A model generated the notes under the pieces. The model saw only the letters and a list, made by a program, of their open reading frames with translations. It had not been told where the DNA came from and did not search any database. Shown piece by piece: positions 28,449-37,965 of a stretch of DNA of 64,000 bases. The translations under genes and the position numbers were made by a program. Source of the DNA: Methanolinea sp. GTDB lineage: Archaea > Halobacteriota > Methanomicrobia > Methanomicrobiales > Methanospirillaceae. The first letter of the stretch is position 1. Each line of letters starts with the position of its first letter. Where the stretch lies: NCBI GenBank assembly GCA_018263335.1, contig JADFCY010000002.1, positions 36,249 to 100,248 of the forward strand, written 5' to 3'.

Positions 28449-28790
28449 TTATACCCTGAGGTATACGGGGGAGAAAAGCCCCAACCTCGAGTACTGAAAC
28501 GTGATCGTGTTCTCTGTCGGCCTGAAGAGGAGGTCCGATCTCCAGGTATTCCCCTGAACAGGGGAGAAGGTGTTCTCGAACTTCCATTCCTGCTTCACAG
28601 GGATACTTCCTGTGTACGTGACCATCTTGAGGCTCGCAGATTCGTTCACGACTGCATTGCCCGAGACGCTGGTGCTGCTCGAGATCCATGGCCCGGCAAG
28701 TCCCTCCGCAGAGACTGCTGCCGGGACTGCTATCCCGATAAAAATGAGGCAGAGAACCAGGAATACGGGCGTATTACTTCTGTCTGGCAT
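28449..28790 (-). CDS. small secreted protein (hypothetical)
   Basis: ATG at 28790 within ORF 28449..28838. Signal peptide PVFLVLCLIFIGIAVPAAVSA, then a ~85-aa Ser/Thr/Val-rich body. Confidence 0.4.
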   Translation of the reverse strand: MPDRSNTPVFLVLCLIFIGIAVPAAVSAEGLAGPWISSSTSVSGNAVVNESASLKMVTYTGSIPVKQEWKFENTFSPVQGNTWRSDLLFRPTENTITFQYSRLGLFSPVYLRV

Positions 28791-28902
28791 GATTGTCCTC
28801 CGTGTGGCGTGGCGGCGCACAGCGGAACATGTTCGCACTAGTATCAGACCACTTCACCTATATGCTTTCCCCTCAACCGATGAAAATTAGGTGAATTTTC
28901 AT

Positions 28903-30696
28903 TCAGGTTCTGTAAAAAAGGCCGTCAAGATCTCTTTTTTTGAAGGTGACCATCGTCGGCCTGCCATGGGGACAGCTGAAGGGATGCTCAGTCCGGCGCA
29001 ACTGCCATATCAGTGACCTGCACTGCTCCTGGGTCAGGGGAGTCCCTCCCTTTATTGCCCCCCTGCAGGCGATTACTTTGAGGATGCGGTCCTTCTCGGA
29101 TGAATCCTGGCGCACGTCCCCGGAGAGGAGGGCAGCGATAACCTCCCTGACCCCTTCCTGCCCGACCTGCTTTCCCAGAACGACCGGTATCGCACGAACG
29201 GCATACGTCCCTCTCCCAAAGTCCTCAATTGAGAACCCGATCTCTTCAAGGATTGGGAAAAGCGCCGGGAGGATTGCAGCCTCGCGAGGGGAAAGGTGCA
29301 ATGGGACGGGGACGATCAGCTCCTGGCACTCGGGCTCTCTCTCCCCCGCTTTCAGGACCTGTTCGTACAGGATCCGCTCGTGCGCTGCGTGCTGATCGAT
29401 CAGGATGAGGTCTTCGCCACCCCTTGGACAGGCGAGGATATAGGTATTGTCAAGCGTCCCGAGGACTTCGAGATCAGGGACAGGTGTCTCTCCTGCTTTC
29501 CCCGCGGAGAGGCCAAGCTCGGTCTGGCGGAGGCGCCGATCGGTATCTGCGCGGATTGCCCTCCCCGGTTCTGCAACCGTGGCCGTGGCTGGTTCACCGA
29601 TATGATAGGCGGGTGAACCAACGGCGGGGGAGATCGTTGCCTGTGTTGAGGCCCTGCCGGGTTCCAGGGCATCGAACGTGAGGTCCATGTCACGGAGTGC
29701 GTTCTCCACGGCCAGGGATATCTCCCTCTTCACCTCCCCTTCCCTGCTCAGGCGGACCTCCCTCTTGGTGGGATGGACGTTCACGTCGACAAGTTGCGGG
29801 TCGATCCTGATGTCGAGGATTGCCACAGGGAACCTGTCTCCCGGGAGGAGGGTGCCGTATCCCTCCTTTACCGCGAGTGAGAGTGCCCTTGACTGCACCG
29901 GCCGCCCGTTGATGCTGAGAAAGACCTGGTAGGGGTTCTGCCTTGAGAGCGAGGGTTGCGAGATCACTCCGTGCACCCTGATGAGTGACCCCTCGAAGTC
30001 AAGCGGGATCAGGGCGCTTCCCACCCCGGTTCCGAAGAGGTGGAGGGCTGCGTCCTGGACAGAACCGCCAGGCCCTGACATCAGCACCTTCCGGTTATGG
30101 AGGACGCGGAACGCGACATCCGGGCGGGAGAGGATGATCCGCTCCAATATACCCGTGATATAGGCCATCTCTGCCGGGAGCGAGCGCAGGAATTTTCTCC
30201 GTGCGGGGGTATTGAAGAAGATCTCCTCCACCTCGACCGTCGTCCCCTCAGGAGACCCGCATTCAACCCTCTCGATCACCTCACCTCCCTCGTTTACAAT
30301 CCGGATACCAAAGAGCGAGCTGCCCGCCTTTCTGGTGGTGAGGGTGAGCCTCGAGACTGCAGCGATGCTCGCGAGTGCCTCGCCGCGGAACCCGAGCGAC
30401 TGGACCCGCGAGAGGTCAAAAAGAGTTCGGATCTTACTCGTGGCATGCCGGACACAGGCGAGATCTGCATCTTTTTGCGTCATTCCCGAACCATTGTCAG
30501 TGACCCTGATCCCGGTGATGGTCCCCTTGCGCGAGGTGATCTCCACTTCGACGCGTGTCGCTCCCGCGTCGAGTGCGTTCTCTACAAGCTCCTTTACTAC
30601 CGACGCAGGTCGCTCGACCACCTCCCCCGCGGCGATCCGGGCCACGGTCTGCTGGTCAAGTAACTGGATCTCTCCTGGTTCTCTCCCGGTCTCCAT
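28903..30696 (-). CDS. mutL: DNA mismatch repair protein MutL (endonuclease-motif type)
   Basis: 597 aa. GHKL ATPase N-terminus (IAAGEVVERPASVVKELVENALDAG, DNGSGM). The C-terminal domain carries DQHAAHERILYE. Confidence 0.93.
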   Translation of the reverse strand: METGREPGEIQLLDQQTVARIAAGEVVERPASVVKELVENALDAGATRVEVEITSRKGTITGIRVTDNGSGMTQKDADLACVRHATSKIRTLFDLSRVQSLGFRGEALASIAAVSRLTLTTRKAGSSLFGIRIVNEGGEVIERVECGSPEGTTVEVEEIFFNTPARRKFLRSLPAEMAYITGILERIILSRPDVAFRVLHNRKVLMSGPGGSVQDAALHLFGTGVGSALIPLDFEGSLIRVHGVISQPSLSRQNPYQVFLSINGRPVQSRALSLAVKEGYGTLLPGDRFPVAILDIRIDPQLVDVNVHPTKREVRLSREGEVKREISLAVENALRDMDLTFDALEPGRASTQATISPAVGSPAYHIGEPATATVAEPGRAIRADTDRRLRQTELGLSAGKAGETPVPDLEVLGTLDNTYILACPRGGEDLILIDQHAAHERILYEQVLKAGEREPECQELIVPVPLHLSPREAAILPALFPILEEIGFSIEDFGRGTYAVRAIPVVLGKQVGQEGVREVIAALLSGDVRQDSSEKDRILKVIACRGAIKGGTPLTQEQCRSLIWQLRRTEHPFSCPHGRPTMVTFKKRDLDGLFYRT

Positions 30697-30699
30697 CCC

Positions 30700-33369
30700 T
30701 CACCGCCCCCCATCCCGAGCTCTCTTCTGGAGGTCATAGAGGAGGGAGAGGGCCGAGAGCGGGGTCATATCATCAAGGTTCAAGTTCTTCAGCATCTCGA
30801 TGACGGGGTGGGTGGGCGCGTCCGCTGCCGGGATGTCCGGCAGGAGCATCTGGGTATACCGCTTCACTCTTGCACCTGTTGAAGGGTGTTTGGCTTCAGA
30901 CATCTCTTCGAGGATCTCCCGGGCCCTGTCAGTCACCCTGCGTGGAACCCCGGCAAGCGTCGCGACGTGGATCCCGTAGCTCTTGTCAGTCGCGCCGGGG
31001 ATGATCTTGCGGAGGAAGACGACCTCCTTTCCGGTGTCCTTTGCTGCGAAGTGGAAGTTCTTCGCGCGTGAGAACTCCCCCTCGAAGGTGACGAGTTCGT
31101 GGAAATGCGTGGCGAAGAGGGTCCGTGGCCCACGGGGCTTCCTGCCGTGCAGGAACTCCAAGACCGCTCTTGCGATGGCGAGTCCGTCAAGCGTGCTTGT
31201 CCCCCTCCCGATCTCATCGAGGATTACCAGGCTTCTCCCGGTCACGTTGTTGAGGATGTTTGCAAGCTCGATCATCTCGACGAGGAATGTGCTCTGCCCG
31301 CTCGCGAGGTCGTCGAAGGCCCCCACCCGCGTGAAGACCCGGTCCACCACGCCGATTCGGGCGTATGCGGCAGGGACGAAACTTCCGGCCTGCGCCATGA
31401 TCGCCACGAGGGCCGCCGCCCTCATGTAGGTCGACTTCCCTGCCATGTTCGCTCCCGTAATGATGAGGATCTGGTCTCCCTCGCTTGAGAGTTCCAGGTC
31501 GTTTGGGACGAACTTCCCGGGCATCCCCACCTCGACGACTGGGTGGCGGCCTTCGCGCACAAGGAGATGAGTGGACTCGTCTATTACCGGCCTGCAGTAA
31601 TGTCCCGCCTCCGCCGCTTCCGCAAGCGAGACCGCCACATCAAGGAGCGCAATTCCCCCGGCGATCTCCTGCATCACGGGAACCGCCTCGTTCAGCCGTT
31701 CAAGGAGACCTGAATAGACCTCCTGTTCAAGCGACAGCTGGCGCTCTTCCGCGGACGAGATGACCGCCTCCTTCTCCTTCAGCTCAGGGATGGTGAAGCG
31801 CTCACCGGTAGAGGTGGTCTGCTTGCGCTGGTAGTCGGGCGGGACGAGGGGGAGATTGGGACGGGTCACCTCGATGTAGTAGCCAAAGACCGAGTTATAG
31901 GCAACCTTGAGCGATTTGATCCCCGTCCTCTCCCGCTCTCGCTGCTGGAGTTCCAGGATCCAATCTCTCCCGGATGTCGAGATCCCCCGGAGCGCATCCA
32001 GTTCCGGCGAAAAACCATCGCGGATCACGCCGCCGTTCCGCACTGCCGCAGGGGGATCGTCCACGATCGCGGCTCTGATCGTCTCCCCAACCCAGGAGAG
32101 ATCGGAGAGCATGCCACAGGCACCGCGGACAAATTCGGGGAGATCCGACCCCTGCCCACATCCCAGGATCGCTTTCAGTTGCGGGATGGCGGCAAGTGAC
32201 CGCTCGAGGCTCTTTAAGTCCCTCGGGGTCGCGTTTCCAAAGGCTATTCTCCCTGCAATCCGGCCGAGATCTGCACAGCGACGGAGTGCACGCGAGGCTT
32301 CCATCCTGACCGCCGTATTCCTGACGAAGTATTCGACGGCGTCCAGCCTGGCATTGATGGCGCCGACATTGACCAGCGGCTCGCAGAGCCACTGCCTGAG
32401 AAGCCGGCCTCCCATCGGGGTGGCCGTCCGGTCGAGGACAGAGAGGAGTGTTCCCTCCTTCCCCCTGCCCCTGATGCCCTGCACAATCTCAAGGTTCCGC
32501 AGGGTTATCGCGTCCAGGAGGCAGGACCCGCCCGAATTCCGCACCGAGAGGGTACGGATCTGCGGGAGTTCCGACCGCTGTATCTCCTTTGCATAGAGGA
32601 GGGCAGCGCCGGCCGCCCGCTCTTCGGGTGAATTCCGTCCAAGGCCGAATCCTTCGAGGCTTGCGACTCCGAAATGCCTGCAGAGAGCGTCTCTTGCCTT
32701 CTCAGGCAAGAACGTCCCTGCTGCCGCGCGGCTCACCACAAGGCCGTTCTTTGCGAGGAACTCTGCCAGCTCCGGGGGAGCATCGTCTGGCAGCAGGCAT
32801 TCGGCGGGGGCATTCCTCGCAATCTCCCCCAGTATCGCGGAATACCCGTGTTCAAGCGCGACGTTTTCCACCGAGAACTCGCCGGTGGTGATGTCAAGGA
32901 AGGCAAGTCCCGCCTCACCTTTCTTCGCATCGGGGGAGATGGCGAGGAGGTAATGGGCATCCGGAGAGGATAGAAGGGTCTCGTCCATCACCATGCCGGG
33001 AGTCACGACACGGACCACCTCCCTCTTCACAATCCCCTTCGCGGCCCGTGCATCTTCCACCTGGTCGCAGACCGCAACCTTGTAGCCTTTTGCGATCAGC
33101 CTCGCAATATACCCTTCAACCGCATGGCATGGCACTCCCGCGAGAGGGATCCGGTTCCCGCTGCGGTCCCTGGAACGGGAGGTAAGGACTATGTCAAGCT
33201 CCCTGGAGACGGTCTCGGCATCCTCGTTGAACGTCTCGTAAAAATCTCCGATATGAAAGAGAAGAATCGCATCAGGATATTTAGACTTGATCTCCTGGTA
33301 CTGGGCCATTGCGGGGGGGAGCCGGCTCTCCGCCCCGGGTTCCCTGGGCCGCGAACCCTTTTCCATCAC
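30700..33369 (-). CDS. mutS: DNA mismatch repair protein MutS (bacterial MutS1 type)
   Basis: 889 aa. N-terminal mismatch-binding region (MAQYQEIKSKYPDAILLFHIGDFYETF), Walker A TGANMAGKST, DEIGRGTST. Ends 3 nt before mutL. Start is GTG 33369 or ATG 33366. Confidence 0.95.
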   Translation of the reverse strand: MMEKGSRPREPGAESRLPPAMAQYQEIKSKYPDAILLFHIGDFYETFNEDAETVSRELDIVLTSRSRDRSGNRIPLAGVPCHAVEGYIARLIAKGYKVAVCDQVEDARAAKGIVKREVVRVVTPGMVMDETLLSSPDAHYLLAISPDAKKGEAGLAFLDITTGEFSVENVALEHGYSAILGEIARNAPAECLLPDDAPPELAEFLAKNGLVVSRAAAGTFLPEKARDALCRHFGVASLEGFGLGRNSPEERAAGAALLYAKEIQRSELPQIRTLSVRNSGGSCLLDAITLRNLEIVQGIRGRGKEGTLLSVLDRTATPMGGRLLRQWLCEPLVNVGAINARLDAVEYFVRNTAVRMEASRALRRCADLGRIAGRIAFGNATPRDLKSLERSLAAIPQLKAILGCGQGSDLPEFVRGACGMLSDLSWVGETIRAAIVDDPPAAVRNGGVIRDGFSPELDALRGISTSGRDWILELQQRERERTGIKSLKVAYNSVFGYYIEVTRPNLPLVPPDYQRKQTTSTGERFTIPELKEKEAVISSAEERQLSLEQEVYSGLLERLNEAVPVMQEIAGGIALLDVAVSLAEAAEAGHYCRPVIDESTHLLVREGRHPVVEVGMPGKFVPNDLELSSEGDQILIITGANMAGKSTYMRAAALVAIMAQAGSFVPAAYARIGVVDRVFTRVGAFDDLASGQSTFLVEMIELANILNNVTGRSLVILDEIGRGTSTLDGLAIARAVLEFLHGRKPRGPRTLFATHFHELVTFEGEFSRAKNFHFAAKDTGKEVVFLRKIIPGATDKSYGIHVATLAGVPRRVTDRAREILEEMSEAKHPSTGARVKRYTQMLLPDIPAADAPTHPVIEMLKNLNLDDMTPLSALSLLYDLQKRARDGGR

Positions 33370-33400
33370 ACATACTCTCGTGCACAGTGAGAGTTATGTG
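33369..33400. repeat. imperfect inverted repeat abutting the mutS start codon
   Basis: CACATACTCTC (33369-33379) and GAGAGTTATGTG (33389-33400) are complementary apart from a 1-nt bulge. The spacer is GTGCACAGT. Confidence 0.45.
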
Positions 33401-33609
33401 TAACGATCGCGGGCCTCCGGCTGCTGTGACATCCCCCTCGTGATGCCCCGGTGCGAATATTCAAATGTCCATTTTTCCATACTCTCCCGTGTGGGTCGTG
33501 TCTTCCCATGCCGCGCATTCTCCCTCTTTCGTGCGTTCCATCCAAATACAGGGAGTCCATAGGATGATGAGCAAAGATATGGAGTATTATTGGCCAGGGA
33601 GCGGTCCCG

Positions 33610-35724
33610 GTGACTGACCCGGATGCCGGGGAGATGGATTCATCGAATCCGACAAACCGGCTGATTCACGAGGTGTCACCCTACCTGCAGCAGCACGCGC
33701 ATAACCCTGTTGACTGGTATCCATGGGGGGAGGAGGCGTTTCTCAGGGCGCGGGCCGAAGCGAAGCCGATCTTTCTCTCTATAGGGTACTCGACCTGCCA
33801 CTGGTGCCACGTCATGGAGAAAGAGTCTTTCTCCAACCGGGAAGTCGCCAACCTCCTAAATGCACATTTTATTTGCATCAAGGTCGATCGCGAGGAGCGC
33901 CCGGATGTCGACCAGCTCTACATGGATGCCGCAATCGCCCTCGCGGGATCGGGCGGCTGGCCCCTCAATGTCGTTCTCACCCCGGATCTCCACCCGTTTT
34001 TTGCGGTCACCTATCTGCCGAAAGAGACCAGGATGGGAATGCCGGGACTGTTGGAGGTCCTCCCAAGACTCGCGGAGTTCTGGGAAGAGAAACGGGAAAA
34101 GGCGCGTGAGTCTGCCGGGCAACTCGCACGCGCCATCGCTGCCGATCGCAATGCGAGGCCCGGGGATCGACTGAGAAAGGACGCGGCTGACCGGGTGGTA
34201 CAGGACCTCCTCCTCAAGCACGACAGCCTGAACGGCGGATTCGGTCCTGCGCCGAAATTCCCGATGCCGCACCTCCACCTCTTCCTCCTCCGTTACTGGA
34301 GGTGGACCGGCAGCAAAAGAGCCCTCGGCATGACCGAAAAGACCCTCCTCTCCATGGCAAGGGGAGGCATATACGACCACCTCGGAGGGGGATTTCACCG
34401 GTACTCGACCGATGCGCGGTGGCTGGTCCCGCACTTCGAGAAGATGCTCTATGACCAGGCCCTGGCCGCGATGGCCTTCACTGAGGCATGGCTCGCGACG
34501 GGGAACCAGGAGTATTGGGAGGTCGCATCCGGCTGCCTGGACTATGCCTGCTCCAGGCTCAAGGCCCCCGGAGGAGGGTTCTTTTCGGCAGAGGACGCCG
34601 ACAGCGAGGGCGTGGAAGGGAAGTACTACCTCTGGACCCGTGACGAGATCGCGTCCCTCCTGGACCCCGAAGACGCGCGGGTCGCATTTCTTGTCTTCCC
34701 TGTGAGCCGGACCGGAAATTACCCTGACCCGCATACCGGCCGGTACACTGGGGAGAACGTCCTTCACCGCACCCATTCCGAACACGAGGCGGCAAGGATC
34801 CTCTCTCTTTCTCCAGGGGAGGTCAGAGCGCGGATAGAGAGGATCAAGACCACCCTGCTTGGGGCCCGCGAGATGCGAACGCGGCCTTTTTGCGACGAGA
34901 AGATCCTTGCCGACTGGAACGGGCTCGCGATTGCTGCGCTTGCAATCGGCGGGAGAGCGTCTGGCAGGTGGGTTTACCTCGATGCAGCCGAAAAGGCCGC
35001 TTCGTTTGTCCTCTCGCGGATGCGCATGGACGATGGAGGCCTCTACCACCGGTTCAGGGATGGCTCTGCGGGAATTCCCGGTCTCTCAGCCGACTATGCG
35101 GCAATGGTCTGGGGACTCCTCGAACTCTCTGTGGCGACCAGGGATCCACGGCACCTTGAATCGGCCCTTCTTCTCGAGGATTACCACGATTCCCACTTCT
35201 GGGACAATAGGTCTGGCGGATACTTCACTTCCCCCGTGAGCGCGACAGACCTCTTCGCAAGGAAAAAGGAGTTCGCTGACGGGGCCATCCCTTCCCCGAA
35301 CTCTGTCTCGTTCTGCAACCTCGTGCGACTGGGGCTCCTCACAGGGGAGGAACGTTACAGCCGGCGTGCCGAAGCCCTCTCACGTCTCTACTCGCCGCTG
35401 GTTGAGAATGGTCCCGCATCATGCGGCCTGTTCATGGCAGGGTTCACCCTCTCCCGAGGCCCGGCAACCCGCGTGGTGGTGACAGGAAAGGGCACCGATC
35501 CCGCCTTCCTGGCGATGAATGAGTTCCTTGACCACCATTACCTCCCCTTCACAATCCCCGTTTCACTGGAACACGGGAAGGATGAAGAGCTCTTCTTCCG
35601 GCTCGCCCCTTCGCTTGCCCCGCATCGTTTCGCGGGAGAGGCAGCAGTCGCCCATGTCTGCACAAGGAGTTCATGCGCACCACCTGCGTTCTCTGTGGAG
35701 GACCTCTCGGCAAGGCTCGGATGA
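33610..35724 (+). CDS. thioredoxin-domain protein of the YyaL/DUF255 type with a C-terminal six-hairpin (alpha/alpha)6 domain
   Basis: 704 aa. N-terminus [22 protein letters not shown]...[18 protein letters not shown] start at 33610; ATG at 33634 is the alternative. Confidence 0.85.
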   Translation: MTDPDAGEMDSSNPTNRLIHEVSPYLQQHAHNPVDWYPWGEEAFLRARAEAKPIFLSIGYSTCHWCHVMEKESFSNREVANLLNAHFICIKVDREERPDVDQLYMDAAIALAGSGGWPLNVVLTPDLHPFFAVTYLPKETRMGMPGLLEVLPRLAEFWEEKREKARESAGQLARAIAADRNARPGDRLRKDAADRVVQDLLLKHDSLNGGFGPAPKFPMPHLHLFLLRYWRWTGSKRALGMTEKTLLSMARGGIYDHLGGGFHRYSTDARWLVPHFEKMLYDQALAAMAFTEAWLATGNQEYWEVASGCLDYACSRLKAPGGGFFSAEDADSEGVEGKYYLWTRDEIASLLDPEDARVAFLVFPVSRTGNYPDPHTGRYTGENVLHRTHSEHEAARILSLSPGEVRARIERIKTTLLGAREMRTRPFCDEKILADWNGLAIAALAIGGRASGRWVYLDAAEKAASFVLSRMRMDDGGLYHRFRDGSAGIPGLSADYAAMVWGLLELSVATRDPRHLESALLLEDYHDSHFWDNRSGGYFTSPVSATDLFARKKEFADGAIPSPNSVSFCNLVRLGLLTGEERYSRRAEALSRLYSPLVENGPASCGLFMAGFTLSRGPATRVVVTGKGTDPAFLAMNEFLDHHYLPFTIPVSLEHGKDEELFFRLAPSLAPHRFAGEAAVAHVCTRSSCAPPAFSVEDLSARLG

Positions 35725-35772
35725 GGCGTCCTGAGATATCAGAAGCGCATTCTCACAAAAAAAGGTGAGTGA

Positions 35773-36267
35773 TCAGAGGTTCTTCAGGGCCACCATGTCC
35801 ATTACCCCTGTCAGTTTCCAGACGAGGGATCTCTCCTCCCTGGCAATAGCCTCTGGGGGGTCCTGGGGGGAATGCCCGAGCGCTGCGAGGATGTTCGTGG
35901 AGAGGTGCCGTTCCTTGATCAGGTCGACGAACTCCTGGCGGATCAGCTTCTTCTCGATCGAGTCGGTCACCTCCTCGAGGTACCCCTGCATGCTGACGAA
36001 AGTGTAACTGGAGAGGTCGCGGGTGTACTTCTCCACCTCCACCGCGACGTACGGGCTTTTCCTGAAGTATTCGAGCTTCTTTCCATACTTTGTGGAGAGG
36101 AAATAGAGGAACTTGCCGTCAAAGACGTAGAGGAAGGGTGCAATATAAGGATACTTCTCCCCCTGGAAGGCTATCCGGCAGATATAGCCCTTTTCTATCA
36201 GGGAGTCATACTCCTTCTTATCCATCCGGGGGATCTTCACTATCTCCATAACTACCGCATTCAGCAT
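35773..36267 (-). CDS. pyridoxamine 5'-phosphate oxidase-like FMN-binding split-barrel protein
   Basis: 164 aa. The pattern GYICRIAF..EKYPYIAPFLYVFDGKFLYFLS...SPYVAVEV is typical of the PNPOx-like family (recognised by eye). Confidence 0.65.
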   Translation of the reverse strand: MLNAVVMEIVKIPRMDKKEYDSLIEKGYICRIAFQGEKYPYIAPFLYVFDGKFLYFLSTKYGKKLEYFRKSPYVAVEVEKYTRDLSSYTFVSMQGYLEEVTDSIEKKLIRQEFVDLIKERHLSTNILAALGHSPQDPPEAIAREERSLVWKLTGVMDMVALKNL

Positions 36268-36416
36268 TACGATCCCTCTCTCTTATATTTTGTGTATTCA
36301 TGCGTCTGCGAATATTGGCAAGGGGATACCTGGATTCCACAATGCGGGAGCTATGGGTGGATGGTATGCCAACTGGCTTACTTTAGGGGCCGGAAGGATG
36401 ATGGGATGGCCGCTCA

Positions 36417-36443
36417 AAAGAAAATTCCCGCGGAATTTTTTTT
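36417..36443. repeat. AT-rich palindrome in a divergent promoter region
   Basis: AAAATTCC-CGC-GGAATTTT has perfect 8-bp arms (36421-36439). The arms extend to 12 bp with one mismatch. Confidence 0.5.
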
Positions 36444-36560
36444 AAATTTCATGCCGGGACACCTCCGGGTGACTTGCGATATTCCAATCCGCTTGTTTCG
36501 CATGATTCCAAACAATACTTCCATAAGGCACAAAAGAGACCTCTTTAATCAGTGAAAGGA

Positions 36561-37289
36561 ATGCATACACCCCGTCCTGTCCGGGCACTGCTCATCGACA
36601 TGGACAATACCCTCGTTGATCTTGTCGGCGCAAAGCGTGCGGCATGCCGTGCGATCATTGAGAAGACGGGAGTGGGAGATGCCGATCTGCTCTTCTCGTA
36701 TTTCCTGCGGCGGACAAGGGGATTCGAGGACCCGGGAAATATCCTGGACTTCCTCGTCGATGAAGGAGTATACTCGGATTCTCTCTTTGAGGTATGCGCC
36801 GCCACGTACCGCGAGGAAAAGCTCTCGCATATCGTGCCCTACCCTGGAGTCCCCGAGACACTGGAGCGCCTCGTCGAAAGGGGTTACCCTCTTGCACTTG
36901 TCACCGACGCCCACAGGAACGACGCGATCCCCAGACTTGAAAGGGCAGGCCTGCGCGGTTTTTTTGACCATATCGTCACTTACGACATGACATGGCAGAA
37001 GAAACCGGACCCCCTGCCATTCCTTTATGCCCTCCAGATGCTAAATACCACGCCTGGTGATGCCATGATCGTCGGGGACAGCCAGAGAAGGGATATCGAT
37101 CCGGCAAAAAAAATTGGGATGATTACCGTGTATGCCCGTTACGGCGACCGCTTCTCATTGCCGGGGATGGATGGGGGCGCAGATTTCACCATAGACGATT
37201 TCGCCCAGCTGCTCCCTCTCTTGTCCGGCCTCGAAGTTGATGGAAAAGTCAGGAGATCACCATGTGCGGCAGGTTCACCATCACGCTGA
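36561..37289 (+). CDS. HAD-superfamily hydrolase (phosphatase)
   Basis: ATG at 36561 (GTG at 36552 is possible). Motif I LIDMDNTLVD, motif II LVTDA, motif III/IV KKPDP...VGDSQRRDI. Confidence 0.8.
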   Translation: MHTPRPVRALLIDMDNTLVDLVGAKRAACRAIIEKTGVGDADLLFSYFLRRTRGFEDPGNILDFLVDEGVYSDSLFEVCAATYREEKLSHIVPYPGVPETLERLVERGYPLALVTDAHRNDAIPRLERAGLRGFFDHIVTYDMTWQKKPDPLPFLYALQMLNTTPGDAMIVGDSQRRDIDPAKKIGMITVYARYGDRFSLPGMDGGADFTIDDFAQLLPLLSGLEVDGKVRRSPCAAGSPSR

Positions 37290-37945
37290 CTGTAGGGTTC
37301 GGCGAGCGGTTCGGGGTCGACGAGTCCTCCCTGGACCTTGCCCCGCGCTACAATATTGCCCCTTCGCAGCAGGTACCGGTCATCTTCACCACGCCCACAG
37401 GAAAGCGGGTCGCGCAGCCAATGACATGGGGCCTGGTGCCCTCCTGGACCCGTGACCTGACCGGCGCCCGCCCGCTGATCAACGCGCGGGCCGATTCGCT
37501 CTCCGAACGCCCGTCGTTTCGGGGGCCCCTTGCACGGCACCGCTGCCTCATCCCGGCAACCGGCTTTTACGAGTGGCAGAAGTCAGGGCCCCAGAAAGTG
37601 CCCTATTATATCTGCAGGAAAGACCAGGGTTTCCTTGCGTTTGCGGGGCTCTACGATGTGCTGAGAGGGCGAAATCCCCCCCTTTGGACGTTTGCAATCA
37701 TCACCACGGAACCAAACTCCCTTGTGGCGCGGTTCCACGACCGGATGCCTGCCATCCTCATGCGCGAGGACGAGGAACGCTGGCTGACACCCGGCCCCAT
37801 CGCAGAGCGGGACCGTGCATCCATCCTCGCGCCCTGCCCAGATGACATCCTCGACTCCTACCCCGTCTCGAGGGCGGTCAACGATCCCTCCCGTGAGGGG
37901 CCCGAACTCATACGAAGGTCAGGGGATCGGACGCTCGATCTCTGA
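37262..37945 (+). CDS. SOS-response-associated peptidase (SRAP/YedK/HMCES family, abasic-site sensor)
   Basis: 227 aa starting MCGRFT (catalytic Cys2). Also YNIAPSQ, PATGFYEW and FAIITT motifs. The start lies 28 nt inside the HAD gene. Confidence 0.88.
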   Translation: MCGRFTITLTVGFGERFGVDESSLDLAPRYNIAPSQQVPVIFTTPTGKRVAQPMTWGLVPSWTRDLTGARPLINARADSLSERPSFRGPLARHRCLIPATGFYEWQKSGPQKVPYYICRKDQGFLAFAGLYDVLRGRNPPLWTFAIITTEPNSLVARFHDRMPAILMREDEERWLTPGPIAERDRASILAPCPDDILDSYPVSRAVNDPSREGPELIRRSGDRTLDL

Positions 37946-37965
37946 TCCACCCCCCCCGTATTTTC

